Part shown: positions 61,655 to 64,000 of the stretch, piece by piece
How positions within the stretch are numbered: the first letter of the stretch is position 1
Layout of the letters: each line of letters begins with the position of its first letter
Origin: a virus
Length of the DNA: 64,000 nt
Virus record (IMG/VR): IMGVR_UViG_3300030419_007131
Location: 32,001-96,000 of that record
Reading direction: 5' to 3' (one strand)
Translations under genes and position numbers: made by a program
The notes under the pieces: model-generated
Told to the model about the DNA's origin: nothing
The model's database searches: none
The model's input: the letters and a program-made list of their open reading frames with translations, nothing else

Positions 61655-63453
61655 TATTGGACGGAGCCCCTAATGTCTATGTTTGGAAACTTCATTTCAA
61701 AAACACTATTGATATCTGCTTCTATGCGGCGCCCATCTGCTGTAAGGGCCCCATTAAAATCGAACGAGGAGTTGGCATAGGCGCCGCCTTCCTTGCCCTC
61801 TATCTCTAAATCTATTACATCAATAATTCCCGGAACCTTCTGTAACACTTTATAGAACTCAGTTATCAAGATGGACTCTCCGATCTCGTACTGGTTATTG
61901 GCCAGCCATGCACGGAGTGCAGCATTGGCCTTATTAAGCACCGTGAATCGATCGGCATTGAGGTCCAAAGCCACGACGTATTTGATTCCAAAGTTAACGA
62001 TGACTGCATTTAGTATGTCTACGGTATCGTTGATCATTTTATATTGCAGAAGCCACGTTTTTAAATTATTTTTTAGTGTCTCATTAGGGATAGTTAGCTT
62101 TCCGCTAGAATCTTCTGAGATTGTGTAGACATTAATATTCCTCTTCATGGCGCTGAAGTCTCTTTCTATTGCCACTCGCTTAAGGGAACCAAATTTGCCA
62201 GGCATCCCATAACAGATGGCCTGATAGTCCTCTATCGTAACGGCCCTGTTTTGAGTTGCATAATAGCCGTACACGCGTTGCCTGATCTCGTCCGAGGATG
62301 GAAGAGAAATATCTCCTACGAACTGCTCTTCGTTTGTAACCTCTAGAGAGTTACGAATACTGGCACGAGTAGCAGCCGCCAAAGTTGATTGTGCAACAAA
62401 CTTAAATCTTGTTGATTCTACAGTGTTAATGGTACCAACCCCTGCATTAACATCATCTGTAGTATTAACTCGGAATCCCACTCGCACCGTCGTGTTAGCT
62501 GGCGCAATACCGAACTTATCGCTATTGATAAGGTTTGTGGGGTCAAAGTCTTCATCAGTAGTGTAGTCGCGCCCATTCATGTTTAACACTAAACTAGACG
62601 GATCAACCACCGAATTGGATAAAAGCTCCGAATCCGAACCGTATCCGAACTGTAAATAAGTTGTAGTATCGGAGGGCTCTACCACAAACCGACGAGCGAC
62701 GGGAATAGCTTTCATAACATTTCTTACTGTGCCATTGGTAGCGGTGTTGGTATTGCGAATACCTTTGTATATAACGTTTTGAGACAAATGATTTACTTGA
62801 ATATACTCATGCCCTTCTGAATCAAAGCAGTCGATCACCTCGGCGACGTTCGTCAGCCCTAAATCTAGTCGACGGAAGCGCTCAAAGGCACCTATAGTAA
62901 ACTCTTTATAAGATGCGCGGCCGGAAACGGCGCGCCCTTGCGCTCTGATGACAAAATTAGTAGGATTGCCAGTAGTGGTGTCAACGGTACCAACCACTAT
63001 CTGATTGCCGGACTGGCCAAAGTCTACATCTTCTAATAAAGTATAAGAACCGCCGCCGGTGGATCCGAAGATTGCGCCAGCCTGTAAAACCGGTGCGTAG
63101 TTAAGATCGGGGCCGGCGGCATTAGAATTGGCAGGGATTTGGATATAAAAGGTAAGCACCCCATAAGAAGAGGGGCTCCTATTGAGCTTGAAGCCCATTT
63201 GGCGGGCAAGGCGAATGACATTATTATACTCAACTGCAGTTTCTAGAAAGCTCTCGTTGGCCTGGTAATCTACATAGAAAGAGAGAATATCCCCGATGTA
63301 TGCTACCGTATCAAGCATGAGGGAGCCAAAAGAGGCTTTATTAAAGTCTTTATAGGTATTTGGATAATACCTTTTGGCATAATTTTCAAGATCTTGTCGA
63401 ATCGAATCAAAATCTCTACTTGTATAATCTATGGGGAGTAATTTCTTAGACAT
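61654..63453 (-). CDS. Baseplate wedge subunit (T4 gp6 / baseplate J-like)
   Basis: IDYTSRDFDSIRQDL, LDTVAYIGDILSFY.D.QANE.FL.TA, QNRAVTIEDY. Confidence 0.92.
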   Translation of the reverse strand: MSKKLLPIDYTSRDFDSIRQDLENYAKRYYPNTYKDFNKASFGSLMLDTVAYIGDILSFYVDYQANESFLETAVEYNNVIRLARQMGFKLNRSPSSYGVLTFYIQIPANSNAAGPDLNYAPVLQAGAIFGSTGGGSYTLLEDVDFGQSGNQIVVGTVDTTTGNPTNFVIRAQGRAVSGRASYKEFTIGAFERFRRLDLGLTNVAEVIDCFDSEGHEYIQVNHLSQNVIYKGIRNTNTATNGTVRNVMKAIPVARRFVVEPSDTTTYLQFGYGSDSELLSNSVVDPSSLVLNMNGRDYTTDEDFDPTNLINSDKFGIAPANTTVRVGFRVNTTDDVNAGVGTINTVESTRFKFVAQSTLAAATRASIRNSLEVTNEEQFVGDISLPSSDEIRQRVYGYYATQNRAVTIEDYQAICYGMPGKFGSLKRVAIERDFSAMKRNINVYTISEDSSGKLTIPNETLKNNLKTWLLQYKMINDTVDILNAVIVNFGIKYVVALDLNADRFTVLNKANAALRAWLANNQYEIGESILITEFYKVLQKVPGIIDVIDLEIEGKEGGAYANSSFDFNGALTADGRRIEADINSVFEMKFPNIDIRGSVQ

Positions 63454-63466
63454 AATGGTATCTCGT

Positions 63467-63473
63467 TAATTAG
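63467..63473 (-). promoter_or_regulatory. Late-motif variant CTAATTA upstream of the gp6 gene
   Basis: 13 nt upstream of ATG 63453. Confidence 0.45.
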
Positions 63474-63862
63474 TTATTTACCTTAATTTCTAATACCGTA
63501 TTTTGCTGCAAAGGCACAATAGTAAAAGATATAGCTAGGTTTATGGTGTAGGGATGTAAGTTAGGATTTGATTCGGGTGTTTGGAAATCAATATTGTCAA
63601 TTCTTATATAGGGCAGATGAATGGCCACCTGTTCCCGGATGCGTCCGGCGACATCAGAGTAGGTTACAACCGTATTTGGTTCAAACAAATATTGTTTAAG
63701 ACCCACTCCAAAAGTCGGATACATAATGCGTTCGCCTGGTACCGTAAGAATCAGCATCTTAAGGTTTTGTTTGGCCAAAGACTCAAAAGTCCTATTAAGG
63801 TCGTAGGGGCCAAAAACGTCATTGGTGCTTAGCGGTAACTTAACTGATAATCCTGCAGCCAT
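63470..63862 (-). CDS. Baseplate wedge protein (gp25 / GPW-like)
   Basis: KQNLKMLILTVPGERIMYPTFGVGL..YLFE...I.EQ...HLPYI. Confidence 0.92.
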   Translation of the reverse strand: MAAGLSVKLPLSTNDVFGPYDLNRTFESLAKQNLKMLILTVPGERIMYPTFGVGLKQYLFEPNTVVTYSDVAGRIREQVAIHLPYIRIDNIDFQTPESNPNLHPYTINLAISFTIVPLQQNTVLEIKVNN

Positions 63863-63864
63863 TT

Positions 63865-64000
63865 TTATTCTTCATCCTCCTCACAACGCGTAGCTTCGCC
63901 GCGGCCTGTAAGATCTGCATTTGCGTTTCCGCCAAAACCAAAGTCAGCAGCCACATTAGCATCTGGGCCTGGAAGCTCGATATTAATTAGTGAGAGTAGC
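63865..64000 (-). CDS. 3' end of an upstream gene (...GEATRCEEDEE*), truncated by the window edge
   Basis: Open frame ending at TAA 63865-63867, just before the gp25 start. Confidence 0.55.
   Translation of the reverse strand, partial: LLSLINIELPGPDANVAADFGFGGNANADLTGRGEATRCEEDEE

Noticed and set aside
1-64000. Alternative genetic code (stop-codon reassignment), tRNAs, introns, inteins
   Set aside because: TAA, TAG and TGA all end conserved genes at expected lengths and coding density is high; no cloverleaf, intron or intein motif was recognised by eye.

Overview
This window is a 64 kb segment of a large T4-superfamily-like myovirus (contractile-tailed phage) genome. It uses the standard genetic code, and every credible gene but one is on the minus strand. 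In transcription order (right to left) it encodes: baseplate gp25 and gp6; a DNRLRE-like protein; a 4325-aa LamG-studded baseplate protein; six more baseplate/tail proteins; RuvC-like resolvase and primase; four small proteins sharing an MKITKQRLKEIIREE-type leader; a fused Mre11-Rad50 (gp47-gp46) nuclease; the single plus-strand gene (a J-domain protein); a holin/spanin-like trio; terminase, portal, head-core proteins and prohead protease; ribosomal protein bS21; two gp14 neck paralogs (one fused to a fibre); four fibre/decoration proteins; then scaffold, major capsid protein, gp13, gp15 and tail sheath. The most notable patterns are: (1) a [S/T]-[G/A/S]-S tripeptide enriched in outward-facing virion proteins and nearly absent from enzymes and inner proteins, a possible virion modification sequon; (2) a modular capsid-targeting leader plus cargo family, including one protein with a hidden signal peptide; (3) a late-promoter-like CTAWTTA motif that is the reverse complement of the T4 late box, with a palindromic copy between the only divergent gene pair; (4) an unannotated 18-aa RRCC peptide whose UAG stop is followed directly by a hairpin and is in frame with the next gene; (5) a duplicated gp14 with a fibre fusion. 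All annotation comes from motif recognition by eye. No database searches were run and all counts are manual.
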